A DNA stretch of 64,000 nucleotides. Source: an uncultured Spirochaetota bacterium (lineage in GTDB: Bacteria; Spirochaetota; Spirochaetia; SZUA-6; CAVTHK01). A program made the position numbers and the translations under genes. Of this stretch, positions 31,294 through 43,226 are shown in pieces; positions within the stretch are counted from its first letter, which is position 1, and each line of letters starts with the position of its first letter. The DNA is taken from the NCBI GenBank assembly GCA_963734495.1, contig CAVTHK010000010.1:224001-288000 (forward strand), in the 5' to 3' direction. The notes under the pieces were generated by a model, which was given only the letters and a program-made list of their open reading frames with translations, was not told the origin of the DNA and did not search any database.

Positions 31294-32502
31294 TCAGACC
31301 GACGACGCCGCCGCCCGCTTCGTCCGGGTCGCCGCGTAGTAGGCCGCGGCCAGGAGCAGCAGAAGGGTCGCAGGCACCACGAGGATGACGACGGCCCCGA
31401 GAGCTTCGTAGAGAGCCCCGATCACGGGGTGGAACGTCATCGATCCGGCCGCGGACGCGATCGCGAGGAACGCGGTGACCTGTCCCACTTTGCCGGGATA
31501 CCGGGTGTTGATCGAGACCATCACGTTGGGGAACGTCCCCGAAATCGCCAGCCCGAACAGCAGCAGCAGCGCATACGCGGCGCCGGCCGAGCGCGCTCCG
31601 AGCAGCGCGAAGCCGCAGGCAGCCCCGCCCAGCGCGGCGCCGAGCACCAGCGCCCGGATGCCGATCCATCGGGCGAGCACGCCGTTGGCGAAACGGCCGA
31701 CCGTGATCCCCAGCCAGAGGAGCGTCAGGCCGATGGGCGCGGCCGGAGCGCTCAGCCCGAGCCCTTCCCTCAGGTACAGTACGATCCAGCCCGACATCCC
31801 CACTTCGGCGCCCACGTAGAGGAACAGCGCGAGCGCCCCGGCCAGCACGAAGGGGTCGCGCGCGATTCCGGCCCACGCGGGCCGTCCGCTCGAGCCGTGC
31901 GCCGGCGGCCGCGGGAGCCGCACGAGCAGCGCCATCACGAGCAGCGCCGCCGTGACGGCGGCCCCTCCCCAGAAGGCGCCGCGCCACCTGCCCGTCATCT
32001 GCAGAAGGACCCCGATGGCCGCGGGCGCCGCGAGGGCCCCGACGCCGAAGAAAGCGTGCATCGTGTTCATGATGGAGGCGCCGGCCGTCGGGCCCGGAGC
32101 CCGCGACCGCACGGGCGCTTGCGGGAGCAGCACGGGCAGCACGTTGACCGAGGTCTCCACGAACGAAGCGCCGAATCGCGTGAGGAAGTTCAGCGCCACC
32201 GCCAGCGCAAAGGCGGGGACGACCCCGAAGGCGGCCAGCACGACGAGCTCGACGCAGAAGCCGGCGATCAGCGCCGCGCGCACGCCCCTGCGGTCGATGA
32301 TCCGCCCGGCCACGAGCGGCCCCACTGTGAAGCCGAAGGAGCCTGCGCTCAGCAGGAGGCCCGCGAGGGGCCCGCGCACTCCGAACTCGCGCATGAGATC
32401 CGGCAGCACCGGGCCGATCAGCATCAGCACCACGCCGTGCTGCGCCATGGCGGCGCTCCCCACGAGGATCCCGGAGAACCGCGAAGGGGCGCGGTTGCTC
32501 AT
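31294..32502 (-). CDS. MFS transporter (fucose permease/TsgA-like)
   Basis: About 12 TM, GRIIDRRG, MHAFFGVGA, FLYVGAEVG, GRF, FP; ATGA overlap with upstream permease. Confidence 0.88.
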   Translation of the reverse strand: MSNRAPSRFSGILVGSAAMAQHGVVLMLIGPVLPDLMREFGVRGPLAGLLLSAGSFGFTVGPLVAGRIIDRRGVRAALIAGFCVELVVLAAFGVVPAFALAVALNFLTRFGASFVETSVNVLPVLLPQAPVRSRAPGPTAGASIMNTMHAFFGVGALAAPAAIGVLLQMTGRWRGAFWGGAAVTAALLVMALLVRLPRPPAHGSSGRPAWAGIARDPFVLAGALALFLYVGAEVGMSGWIVLYLREGLGLSAPAAPIGLTLLWLGITVGRFANGVLARWIGIRALVLGAALGGAACGFALLGARSAGAAYALLLLFGLAISGTFPNVMVSINTRYPGKVGQVTAFLAIASAAGSMTFHPVIGALYEALGAVVILVVPATLLLLLAAAYYAATRTKRAAASSV

Positions 32503-33422
32503 CGCTCTCCCCTCGTGTAGATCTCGCCCAGCATCGCCGGAGCCGCCATGCCGCGCTCACCCTGGCTCAGGCCGCCCAGCACGAGCGCCGCAAGCGTCGC
32601 CGCGTACGGGAGCATGCCGAGCAGGTTCGGGGGCACGCCGAGCGGCTGCAGCAGGTACTGCAGGACGAACACTCCGCCGAAGAGAAAGGCGCCGGCAAAG
32701 GCGCGCAGCGGGTTCCAGAGGGCGAAGATCGTGAGCGCCACGACGATCCAGCCCCGGCCGCCGGTCATGCCTTCAATCCAGGACTTGCTGTAGGCCAGCG
32801 AGAGGTGAGCGCCGCCCATGCCGGCGAGCGCTCCGCCGATGGCCACGCAGAGGTAGCGCACGGACGCCACACCGACCCCCTGCGACTCCGCGGCCGCGGG
32901 GTTCTCTCCGACGGAGCGGACGCGCACGCCCCACATCGTATGCCGCAGCAGGAACCAGAAACCGAGGCCGAACAGGACCCCCAGGTAGAAGAAGGGGTCC
33001 CGCGCGAAGAGCACCCGCCCCACGACCGGAAGGCCGCTCAGGACGGGGATCGGCGCCTCGGTCATGGTATGCGCCAGCGGTTGTCCGATGTAGGGCTTGC
33101 CCAGGAGGCCGCTCAGCCCGGTGCCGATCATGGCGAGCGCGAGGCCGGAGACCACCTGGTTGGCGCGCAGCGTCACCGACACAAAGGCATGCACGAGCGA
33201 GAGGGCGGCGCCCGCGGCCAGCCCTGCGCCCATCCCGATCCACGGGCTGCCGGTGGCGAGCGCCGCGAGGTAGCCGGTGACCGCGCCGACGGCCATCATG
33301 CCTTCGACGCCGAGGTTCAGCACGCCCGAGCGCTCGGCCACGATCTCGCCGATGGTCCCGAGCAGCAGCGGCGTCCCGGCGACGATTGCGCGCACGAGGA
33401 CCGTCACCACAATCGAATCCAT
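32499..33422 (-). CDS. Nucleoside ABC transporter permease
   Basis: ERSGVLNLGVEG, ANQVVSG, GENPAAA, GRGWI, MLPY. Confidence 0.92.
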   Translation of the reverse strand: MDSIVVTVLVRAIVAGTPLLLGTIGEIVAERSGVLNLGVEGMMAVGAVTGYLAALATGSPWIGMGAGLAAGAALSLVHAFVSVTLRANQVVSGLALAMIGTGLSGLLGKPYIGQPLAHTMTEAPIPVLSGLPVVGRVLFARDPFFYLGVLFGLGFWFLLRHTMWGVRVRSVGENPAAAESQGVGVASVRYLCVAIGGALAGMGGAHLSLAYSKSWIEGMTGGRGWIVVALTIFALWNPLRAFAGAFLFGGVFVLQYLLQPLGVPPNLLGMLPYAATLAALVLGGLSQGERGMAAPAMLGEIYTRGER

Positions 33423-33431
33423 GCGCGCCTC

Positions 33432-34507
33432 CTATGCGGCGACGCCCCACGACAGCCGGACGTGGTGCCTGAGGAAGTAGTCGCCCGCGATCAGGAACAC
33501 GAGCAGCATCCCGTTGAAGACCTGCACCGTCGCCGCGGGAAGGCCCAGCGAGATCTGGATCGCGTCGCCTCCGACGAGGATGCCCGCGAAGAACAAGCCC
33601 GCGAGCACGGCGCCCAGCGGATTGAGCTTGCCGAGCCACGCCACGATGATCGCGGTGTAGCCGTAGTTTCCCGAGATCGAGAGCGGATACGTCAGGTGGT
33701 GGTGCACCCCGGCGACCTCTCCCACGCCGGCCAGGCCCGCGACCCCGCCGCTCAGCGCCATCATCAGCAGCGTCACCCGCGTCAGGTTGATCCCGGCGTA
33801 GCGGGCGGCTTCGCGGTTCTCGCCGACGACGCGCAGCTCGTAGCCGAACCGCGTCCGCTGCACCAGCAGGTACAGCACGAACGCGGCCGCGAGCGCGAGG
33901 ACGAGGGTCACCGCGTGGATCCGCGTCCCGGGAATGACGGTCAGGGTCGCCGCCGGCCCCAGGTCGTCGGTGTACGGAAAGCCCTGCTGCGTGACCCCTT
34001 TCCACGGGCCCGTCACGAGCAGCGTCAGCAGCTCCGAGGCGATGTAGTTCAGCATCAGCGTCGAGATGACCTCGTTGACGCCGAAACGGGTCCGCAGCGC
34101 GGCCGGGATGAGGCCCCAGAGCGCGCCGCCCAGGAAGCCGGCGGCGAACATCGAGGCGACGAGCAGCGGCCCGGGCAGCTGCCAGTGGAGGCCCACCCAG
34201 CCGGCGAACGTCGCGCCGAGGAGAAGCTGGCTCTCGGCACCGATGTTCCAGAACTTCGCGCGGAAGGCAATGGCGAGGCCCGACGCGATGAGGATGAGCG
34301 GGATCGCCTTGGTCACGGTCTCCCCCAGCCCGTAGAGACTGCCGAAGGAGCCGCCGAAGATGCGGTAGATGGCGTAGAAGGGGTTCACGCCGCTCACGAC
34401 GAACATCAGGCCGACGGCGACCAGGCCGGCGAGCACGGACCCCGCCAGAACCGCGGCGGGCAGCCATGCGGGAGCGTCGTAGCGGGGGCTTACGCGGACG
34501 CCGACCT

Positions 34508-34511
<4 letters not shown>
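33432..34511 (-). CDS. Nucleoside ABC transporter permease
   Basis: FWNIGAESQ, NEVISTLMLNYIA, GYELRVVGEN, YGYTAIIVAWL. Confidence 0.92.
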
Positions 34512-36043
<1,532 letters not shown>

Positions 36044-36092
36044 GGGCTCAGGCTTCGACCGGCGCGAACGGGAGGGACGTTCGGTAGAGATC

Positions 36093-36114
36093 GGGGGAGC
36101 CTTGCGGCTCCCCC
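36093..36114 (-). terminator. Intercistronic hairpin after BMP gene
   Basis: GGGGGAGCC-TTGC-GGCTCCCCC, 9-bp stem. Confidence 0.55.
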
Positions 36115-36149
36115 CTGTTCCGTACGCGGCCCGCGCGCGGCGCGGGCGC

Positions 36150-37334
36150 TCAGCGCGGGACGTCGCCGACGATGTTGTCGACGTAGTAGTCGATGCTCAG
36201 CAGCTCCTGCTTGGTGCCGATCCGGCCGGCGGGGATCTTCTCGTTGCCCTTGTTGTCCTTGATCGGGCCGGCGAAGGGGTCGAAGGTCTCGCGGCTCTGC
36301 TGCATCTGCTCGTAGCGCTTCATCACGAGGTCGTAGGCGCTGAGCTTGCCCAGATCCTTGCTCTCGACCATCGCCTTCTTGAGCGCGTCGACGAACTTGG
36401 GGTTGATCGGCTCGTTCACGGCGCCGCCGAGCACCGCCGCCTTCTCCTTGGCCATCCACCACAGGTCCTCGTTGCTGAACTTCCCGTCGCGGACGTCCTG
36501 GAACATCTTGACGTACATCACGCCCCAGTCGACGAGCTGCCCCGAGACGACCGAGTCGGGCCCGAACTTCTCCATGGGGCTGTAGTGGCTGAAGGTGTAG
36601 ATCTGCTGTCCCTTCTTGGTGTGGTCCTCGCCCACCTCGATGACGCTCGGCGAGTCCTCGGTAAACGCCAGGCAGTCGACGCCGTCGGCGACGAGAGCCT
36701 CGGCGGCCTCCTTGGCCTTGGTGGGGTCGTACCAGGCGTAGATCCAGCGCACCTGGACCTTCGCCTTGGGGTTGCTCACCTTGACGCCGAGCGCGTACGC
36801 GTCGATGTGGCGCACGACCTCGGGGGTCGGGAACGCGCCCACGTAGCCGATCTTGCCGCTCTTGGTGAGCGCGCCGGCCATGATGCCGTTCAGGTAGTAC
36901 ATCTGGTAGAGATCAGCGAAGTACGTCCCGACGTTCTTGGCGTTCTTGAAGCCCGAGCAGTGATAGAACAGCGCGTTCGGGTACTTGGCGCCGGCTTTGA
37001 CCGTGTCGTCCATGTAGCCGAAGCTGGTCGTGAGGACGACGTCGCACTTCTCCTCCTGGACGAGGCGGTCGATGACACGCATGGCATCGCCTTCGGGCAC
37101 GCTCTCGACGTACACCGTGTCGAGCCACGGCAGCTTGGAGATCGCGTACTTGCGGCCCACGTCGTGGGCGTTGGTAAAGCCGTAGTCGCCGATCGGCCCG
37201 ACGTACACGAACCCGGCCTTGAGCCTCTTCTCGGCCGCGGGCTTCGCGGCCTCTTTCTTCGCGCAGCCGGCCAGCACCAGCCCGAGGACCAGCAGCACCG
37301 ATGCGAGCACCAAGAGCGGACGCCTGATCTTCAT
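36150..37334 (-). CDS. BMP-family nucleoside-binding lipoprotein
   Basis: Lipobox LVLAG-C; GFVYVGPIGDYG, TTSFGY, YLNG, WYDPTK; AAGGAG RBS; TTGACA-N18-TATTGT promoter upstream. Confidence 0.93.
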   Translation of the reverse strand: MKIRRPLLVLASVLLVLGLVLAGCAKKEAAKPAAEKRLKAGFVYVGPIGDYGFTNAHDVGRKYAISKLPWLDTVYVESVPEGDAMRVIDRLVQEEKCDVVLTTSFGYMDDTVKAGAKYPNALFYHCSGFKNAKNVGTYFADLYQMYYLNGIMAGALTKSGKIGYVGAFPTPEVVRHIDAYALGVKVSNPKAKVQVRWIYAWYDPTKAKEAAEALVADGVDCLAFTEDSPSVIEVGEDHTKKGQQIYTFSHYSPMEKFGPDSVVSGQLVDWGVMYVKMFQDVRDGKFSNEDLWWMAKEKAAVLGGAVNEPINPKFVDALKKAMVESKDLGKLSAYDLVMKRYEQMQQSRETFDPFAGPIKDNKGNEKIPAGRIGTKQELLSIDYYVDNIVGDVPR

Positions 37335-37483
37335 TCTATGGCTCCTTTTCTGTCGATCGCGCCTGGCAGGAGCGCGCAGCAGGAGGCACGCGGCGGCGCG
37401 AGGGACCCGGGTACAATAGGGGCCGCCGCGGCGCGATGTCAAGGTTCGCGGCCGGGGGCGACAGTCCCGCGCGCGACCAATCG

Positions 37484-37541
37484 GAGCAGTGAAAGAGCAG
37501 TGAGCGCTTTTCTTGACAGATCGACTCCGGGAACCTAGAGT
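37484..37541 (+). promoter_or_regulatory. Sigma70 promoter with upstream direct repeat (candidate operator)
   Basis: GAGCAGTGA twice with 11-bp period (37484, 37495); TTGACA(37513)-N17-TAGAGT. Confidence 0.65.
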
Positions 37542-37579
37542 CTATCCACCAGCCGCTGACGGCGGTGAGGAGGCAACCC

Positions 37580-38860
37580 TTGACAGCATGGATGATTCGG
37601 AGGCTCACGGCTGTGGTCGTTGGCCTGGCGTTGGGGATGGCGCCGGCATGGGCGAGCGGCAAGCAGGAGCAGGCATCCGCCTCTCAGGGTCCGGTCAAGA
37701 TAACGCTGTGGTATTCGGTCTCAGGCGATCCCGGCAAGGCGACGCAGGTGCTGGTCGAGAGATTCAACCAGTCTCAGAACAAGGTTCAGCTCGAAGGGGT
37801 CTACAGCGGCAGCTACGAGGACACGATGCCCAAGCTGCTCGCGGCCGCCGTGGCGGGCGGGCTGCCTTCGATCGCCCACATGGCGCACGCCTATGCGCCG
37901 CAGATGGTCAAGGCGGGGTACATCGAGTCGCTGGACGACCTGCTCTCCAAGGAGCCCGAAGTCAAGGCGGACTACGTGCAGTCCCTCTACGACGCCAACG
38001 TGTACCAGGGCAAGGTCTACGGCGTGCCGTACAACTGCAGCACGCCGATCTACTACTACAACAAGGACCTCTACAAGAAAGCGGGAATGGACCCGGAGAA
38101 GAGCCCCGCGACCTGGGACGACATGTACCAGGCATCGGCCAGGATCACGTCGCTCGGAGGCGACACGATCGGGTACAACCTGGAGCGCGGCAGCGGCTGG
38201 ATCAGCCAGGGCTATGTCTGGGAGTTCGGCGGGGACTGGATCAGGGCGGACAACGGCGCCGTCCTCTGGGACACACCCGAGTCTGTCGCCGCCCTTTCCT
38301 TTATGAAGAAGATGGTCAAGGACAAGGTCGCCGTCTACAAGGGCGGGGACAAGCTCGACGCCAGCGGCAGGAGCGGAGGCGTGCTGCGATCGACGGCATC
38401 GCTCACTTCGATCATCAGCCGCTTCCAGTACAACGTCGGGGTCGGCGTCGTGCCGCGCAACGTGAAGCAGATCGTACCGATGGGCGGCGGAAGCCTCTAC
38501 ATCGTCAAGGGCAAGCCGGCCGCGGAAAAGCTCGCTGCGTGGGAGTTCCTCAAGTTCGCCACCAACCCGGTGAGCCAGATGTTCTGGGCCAAGTCGACCG
38601 GCTATCAGGCATCGAGCAAGAAAGCGGTCGATTCCGTCGAGATGAAGCAGCTCTGGGAGAAGGACCCTCGCTGGAAAAAGACGTACGACCAGCTCGCGTA
38701 TGCCCAGGGCGAAGACCACACGTGGCTCGGACCGTTCCAGGAGGTCCGGGACGTCTTCAACGACGCGTGGGACCGGACGATCCTGAACGATCTCGACCCC
38801 AGGGCGACGCTCGCCGAGGCGCAGGCAAAGGCGAACAAGATCCTCAGCGAGAACAAGTAG
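37580..38860 (+). CDS. ABC substrate-binding protein, UgpB-like
   Basis: GAGGAGG+TTG; signal peptide ...AWASGKQE; RFNQSQ, VPYNCSTPIYYYNKD, PATWDD, GGGSLY, TGY. Confidence 0.88.
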   Translation: MTAWMIRRLTAVVVGLALGMAPAWASGKQEQASASQGPVKITLWYSVSGDPGKATQVLVERFNQSQNKVQLEGVYSGSYEDTMPKLLAAAVAGGLPSIAHMAHAYAPQMVKAGYIESLDDLLSKEPEVKADYVQSLYDANVYQGKVYGVPYNCSTPIYYYNKDLYKKAGMDPEKSPATWDDMYQASARITSLGGDTIGYNLERGSGWISQGYVWEFGGDWIRADNGAVLWDTPESVAALSFMKKMVKDKVAVYKGGDKLDASGRSGGVLRSTASLTSIISRFQYNVGVGVVPRNVKQIVPMGGGSLYIVKGKPAAEKLAAWEFLKFATNPVSQMFWAKSTGYQASSKKAVDSVEMKQLWEKDPRWKKTYDQLAYAQGEDHTWLGPFQEVRDVFNDAWDRTILNDLDPRATLAEAQAKANKILSENK

Positions 38861-38925
38861 CGTGAGCGCCGGGGGGACCGCGCGGCGGCCCCCCCAAGTC
38901 GCCCGCGCCTGACGGAGCCTGCCCC

Positions 38926-39834
38926 TTGAACACCCGGACGGCAAACAGGATCAGGAAGCTCTTCTTCCTGGGTGTCTCCCTCGGCCCCGCGACGATCATC
39001 CTCGTGGTCTTTACCTACGTCGCGATCGTCTACTGCTTCTGGATCAGCCTCCACCGCTGGAACATGCTCACCCCGGCGCGATGGGTCGGGTTCGCGAACT
39101 ACGTCACGGCCTTCCAGTCCGCCGAGTTCTGGGATTCGGTCCGGATCACCTTTGTCTACACGCTCATCGCCGTGCCGTTCTGCGTCGTGCTGGGGCTCCT
39201 GATCGGCCTTCTTCTCAAGCAGATCACCCGCGGGCGCGCCTTCTTCAGGCTCATGTTCTTCCTGCCGGTGATCACGTCGATGATCGTCGCGGCGATGATC
39301 TGGGAGTGGATCTTCGACGCGGAGATGGGCCTGCTGAACAACCTGCTCTACGCCCTGGGCGCTTCGCGCGCCCCGCGCATCCACTGGATGAACTGGCTCA
39401 AGGACGCGCAGGGCGGCGCGATGGCGGCGGTCCTCACCGTGGGCATCTGGAAGCGCGTCGGCTACAACGCGGTCATCTTTCTCGCGGGCCTGAACAACAT
39501 CCCCGGCGAATACCAGGAAGCCGCGAGGATCGACGGAGCGGGCACGCTGCGGCGGTTCTGGACGATCACGCTGCCGCTGCTCTCGCCTACCACGTTCTTC
39601 GTCGTGGTGCTGCAGGTCATCTCGGCGTTCAGGGTCCTGGTCTCGGTGGCGGTCATGACGGGCGGCGGTCCTGCCAAGAGCACCAACGTGCTGGTCTACT
39701 ACCTGTACACGACTGCATTCCGCTACTTCAAGATGGGCGAAGGCGCCACGTTGGGCATGGTCGTTCTCCTCATCACACTCGTGTTCACGCTGATCCAGTT
39801 CCGGGTCGGGGAGAAGCGTGTCCACTATCAGTAG
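38926..39834 (+). CDS. Carbohydrate ABC permease, UgpA-like
   Basis: WVGFANY, FFLPVI, GLLN, EAA loop EAARIDGA, ITLPLLSPT, MTGGGP. Confidence 0.9.
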   Translation: MNTRTANRIRKLFFLGVSLGPATIILVVFTYVAIVYCFWISLHRWNMLTPARWVGFANYVTAFQSAEFWDSVRITFVYTLIAVPFCVVLGLLIGLLLKQITRGRAFFRLMFFLPVITSMIVAAMIWEWIFDAEMGLLNNLLYALGASRAPRIHWMNWLKDAQGGAMAAVLTVGIWKRVGYNAVIFLAGLNNIPGEYQEAARIDGAGTLRRFWTITLPLLSPTTFFVVVLQVISAFRVLVSVAVMTGGGPAKSTNVLVYYLYTTAFRYFKMGEGATLGMVVLLITLVFTLIQFRVGEKRVHYQ

Positions 39835-39841
39835 GGCCGGT

Positions 39842-40681
39842 ATGGGAATCGAATCGAGTCGCGCGCCCGCGATCGCCCGCAAGGCGGTCTTCTACCTGCT
39901 GCTGACCGCCCTTGTCGTCCTGATCAACTACCCCTTCTTCTGGATGCTCAGCACCTCGCTCAAGTCGGCAAAGGAGGTTTACCGGTTCCCGCCGTCGCTC
40001 CTCCCCGACGCCCCGATCTGGAGGAACTACCTGGACGCCTGGAAAGCGGCGCGGTGGGGCCGCTACTTCCTGAACTCCACGATCGCCTCGGTGATCCCCG
40101 CGGTCGCGCAGATGTTCTTCGGGTCGCTCGCCGCGTTCGCCTTCGCAAGGAAGTTCAAGGGCTCCCAGGCGCTCTTCCTGCTGTTCCTGGGCACGCTGAT
40201 GATCCCGGGCGAGGCGACCATGATCCCGAACTACGTGATCGTCAAGAACCTCGGGTGGATCGACACGTACATGGCGCTCACCGTGCCGTTCCTGGCGTCC
40301 GCGTTCGGCGTCTTCCTCCTGCGGCAGTTCTTCCTCACCATCCCGAAGGACCTGGAGGACGCTGCTTCCATCGACGGCTCGGGCCCCTTCCGCTACCTGT
40401 TCCTCGTCGTCATGCCGCTCGCGATGCCGGCGCTGCTGACCGTGGCCCTCTTTTCGTTCATGAACCACTGGAACGACTTTATCTGGCCCCTGATCGTCAC
40501 CAACAAGGACCAGATGCGGGTGATCCAGGTCGGGCTCGAGACATATCAGAGCGAGTGGATGACCGAATGGACGCTCCTCATGGCAGCATGCACGTTCACG
40601 ACCCTGCCCGTGATTGTCCTCTTCCTGCTCGTGCAGCGCCGGTTCATCGAAGGCATCACGCTCGGTGGGCTCAAACAGTAG
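39842..40681 (+). CDS. Carbohydrate ABC permease, UgpE-like
   Basis: PFFWMLSTSLK, LRQFF, DAASIDG, WNDFIWP, QRRFIEGITLGGLK. Confidence 0.9.
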   Translation: MGIESSRAPAIARKAVFYLLLTALVVLINYPFFWMLSTSLKSAKEVYRFPPSLLPDAPIWRNYLDAWKAARWGRYFLNSTIASVIPAVAQMFFGSLAAFAFARKFKGSQALFLLFLGTLMIPGEATMIPNYVIVKNLGWIDTYMALTVPFLASAFGVFLLRQFFLTIPKDLEDAASIDGSGPFRYLFLVVMPLAMPALLTVALFSFMNHWNDFIWPLIVTNKDQMRVIQVGLETYQSEWMTEWTLLMAACTFTTLPVIVLFLLVQRRFIEGITLGGLKQ

Positions 40682-40777
40682 GCTGCCGCCTGTGCGCCCG
40701 ACCACAGAATACGATCGCATTTGTTCGAATAGGCCGCCTGAGCTCCTTCCACATTCACAATCCGATCATTTTGTTGC

Positions 40778-40806
40778 TTGACGGGTCGCTTTCGTCGGAA
40801 TAGAGT
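40778..40806 (+). promoter_or_regulatory. Internal sigma70 promoter
   Basis: TTGACG-N17-TAGAGT, preceded by imperfect repeats CGATCGCATTTGTT (40712) and CGATCATTTTGTT (40763). Confidence 0.6.
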
Positions 40807-40860
40807 CACGACGGCTTGTCAACCTGCAACGCGCAAGCGACCAAAGGAGGGGCCCTGCCC

Positions 40861-42414
40861 ATGAATCGCTCGAGGAAGTTCGCCCGTGCTGCCGCGACGC
40901 TCGGGCTGCTGATACTGGTTCTCCTGGGTGGCTGCCGCACGACACCCGATGCCCGGCCCGTTCACCTCAAGGTGGTGCACGTCAACGACACCCACTCCCA
41001 CCTGTATCCTTTCAAGTCGCCGACGACGGGGATGCTCGAACCGCTCGGGGGGTTCGCGAGGCTCGCCACGGTCGTCGGACAGGAGCGCGCCGGCGCGGAG
41101 CCGGTCCTGCTCCTCCACGGCGGCGACTCGCTGGTCGGGTCCGACTCCAACTACCTGGTCAACGGCAAGCCCGATTACGCGACCCTCCCATCCTACGGCT
41201 ACCGCGGCATCGACGACTTCGACGCCATGAACGCGCTCGGGTTCGATGCGATGGTCATCGGCAACCACGAGCTCGACTACGGCAGGCGCTGGATCGAAGG
41301 CTTGATCGGCCGCGCAAAGTTCCCGGTCCTCTCCGCCGACGTCATCCGCAGGGACCTCCCCGACCTCGACGGGTCGAGCGGGAAGCTGTTGGCGCGACCC
41401 TACGTGATCCTGAACCGCGGCGGCCTGCGCATCGGCATCATCGGTCTCACGACCACGCAGTACATCCAGAGCCTGCAGGTCCAGGTGAAGGACCCCGTCG
41501 AGGTGGCGCGCGAGCTCGTGCCCCAGGTGGCCCGGCAGTCCGACCTGGTCCTCGTGCTGTCGCACCTCGGCTTCAAGCCCGACATGGAGCTGGCGCGCGC
41601 GGTCCCCGGGATCGACCTCATCGTCGGGGGTCACTCGCACACCATGGTGAACGAGCCCGTCCTGATCGGCGAGACGCTGATCGTGCAGGACGGGGCCTTT
41701 GCGCCGCAGGTGGGGATCCTCGACCTGACGGTTGCCGGCGGGAAGATCGCGCAGTACACCTACCGGCTCAAGACGCTGGACGCGTCGGTCCCCGAAGACG
41801 CGAAGGTCAAGGCCGCGCTCGACGGCCTGCTCGCCATCGGGAGCGTCGGCGACAGGCCGCTCACCGGCAGGATGTTCGAGAGGAGCAGCCTCAATTCCCT
41901 CGCGACCTCCGCGATGCTCAAGGCGACGGACGCCGATGCGGCGCTGATCGCGGCCGATTCGTTGAGCGGCTCGCTCGGCCCCGGCGCGCCGTCGGCGCAG
42001 CAGTTCTTCAACGTCTTCTGGCCCTACCACGGCCGCGGCCAGATGCCGGAAAAGGACATGAGCGAGAGGCAGCTGATCGCCACGGTCGGCGTGACCGACA
42101 GGGCGCTGCGCAGCCTCGCGCGCGGCTCCGACGGCCTGAGGACGATCGTGGTCGCCGCGGTCGCGCCGGACGCGTTCCAGCGGTGGGCCTCGGCCAACGA
42201 GGGTCGCTCGGGCGACCCCGACTACGTGCAGGTGGACCTGCGCCTGCCCGCCTCGGGCTCCGCTTCGCCGCCCGTACGGTCGCTGGTCACGACCATCGAT
42301 CTCGCGCTGCGCCTCGAGCGTCTCGGGCTCCCCGTCGACCTGCAGCGCCTGCAGATCACGAGGGCGGAGCTCTTCGAGGACGTACTGGCATACCTCGCGT
42401 CGGGCCGTCCATAG
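40861..42414 (+). CDS. 5'-nucleotidase/UshA-family metallophosphoesterase lipoprotein
   Basis: AAGGAGG RBS; lipobox LLGG-C; NDTHSH, GGD, GNHELDYG, LSHLG, GGHSH. Confidence 0.88.
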   Translation: MNRSRKFARAAATLGLLILVLLGGCRTTPDARPVHLKVVHVNDTHSHLYPFKSPTTGMLEPLGGFARLATVVGQERAGAEPVLLLHGGDSLVGSDSNYLVNGKPDYATLPSYGYRGIDDFDAMNALGFDAMVIGNHELDYGRRWIEGLIGRAKFPVLSADVIRRDLPDLDGSSGKLLARPYVILNRGGLRIGIIGLTTTQYIQSLQVQVKDPVEVARELVPQVARQSDLVLVLSHLGFKPDMELARAVPGIDLIVGGHSHTMVNEPVLIGETLIVQDGAFAPQVGILDLTVAGGKIAQYTYRLKTLDASVPEDAKVKAALDGLLAIGSVGDRPLTGRMFERSSLNSLATSAMLKATDADAALIAADSLSGSLGPGAPSAQQFFNVFWPYHGRGQMPEKDMSERQLIATVGVTDRALRSLARGSDGLRTIVVAAVAPDAFQRWASANEGRSGDPDYVQVDLRLPASGSASPPVRSLVTTIDLALRLERLGLPVDLQRLQITRAELFEDVLAYLASGRP

Positions 42415-42424
42415 GAAGCTTGCC

Positions 42425-43210
42425 GTGGCCGCCCACAGGATCCCCGCCGAGCGTCAGCACCGGATCCACCGTCTCGCCGAGGAGCACGGGATCATCGGCG
42501 TCGCCGAGCTGAGCTCGCTGCTGGCGGTTTCCGAGATCACGATCCGCAGAGACCTGGCTGCTCTGGAGCGCCGCGGGATCCTCGAGCGGTCGCGCGGCGG
42601 CGCCATCTGCACTCACCACAAGCGCGTGGAGACCCTGTTCTCGCAGAAGGGCCTCGACTGCCGCGCGGAAAAGGAGGCGATCGGCCGCGCGGCCGCGCAG
42701 CTCATCGACGATGGCGACACGATCTTCGTCAACGGAGGCTCGACCACCCTCGAAGTCATCCGCAACCTCGGCGCCAGGAAGGTGCGGGTGATCACGAACA
42801 ACGTCGCCGCCGCCCTGGAAGGGCCGAAGGTCGGCGTCGAACTGATCCTCATCGGCGGCGAGTACCGGTCGCAATCGAACTCGGTCGTCGGGGGATTCGC
42901 GACGGCGATGCTGCGGCAGATCTGGGCCGGCAAGGCGATCATAGGCATCGACGGGATCAGCGTCCGGGAAGGGCTGACTCATCCGGTGGAGCAGGAGGCC
43001 GAGATCACGCGACAGATGATCGAGCGAACCCGCGGCCCCGTGATCGTCGTCGCCGATCACCGTAAGCTCGCGGTCGTGTCGAACTTCGCCGCCGGCCCTA
43101 TCGACGCGGTGGACATGCTGGTCACCGACCAGGCGTGCCCCGCCGACTACCGGGCCGAGCTCGAGCAGGCCGGCGTCAGGATCATCATCGCTTCGACCGA
43201 GAGCCTGTAA
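42425..43210 (+). CDS. DeoR/GlpR transcriptional regulator
   Basis: VSEITIRRDL HTH, RSRGGA, GGSTT, ITNN, IGG, ADHRK. Confidence 0.93.
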   Translation: MAAHRIPAERQHRIHRLAEEHGIIGVAELSSLLAVSEITIRRDLAALERRGILERSRGGAICTHHKRVETLFSQKGLDCRAEKEAIGRAAAQLIDDGDTIFVNGGSTTLEVIRNLGARKVRVITNNVAAALEGPKVGVELILIGGEYRSQSNSVVGGFATAMLRQIWAGKAIIGIDGISVREGLTHPVEQEAEITRQMIERTRGPVIVVADHRKLAVVSNFAAGPIDAVDMLVTDQACPADYRAELEQAGVRIIIASTESL

Positions 43211-43226
43211 CGAAAGGAGCGTAGGG

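Noticed and set aside
37335-37445. Purine riboswitch upstream of the BMP nucleoside operon
   Set aside because: Promoter present, but the leader lacks the purine-aptamer core (UA-UA...GUUUCUACC...CCGUAAA...GACUA).
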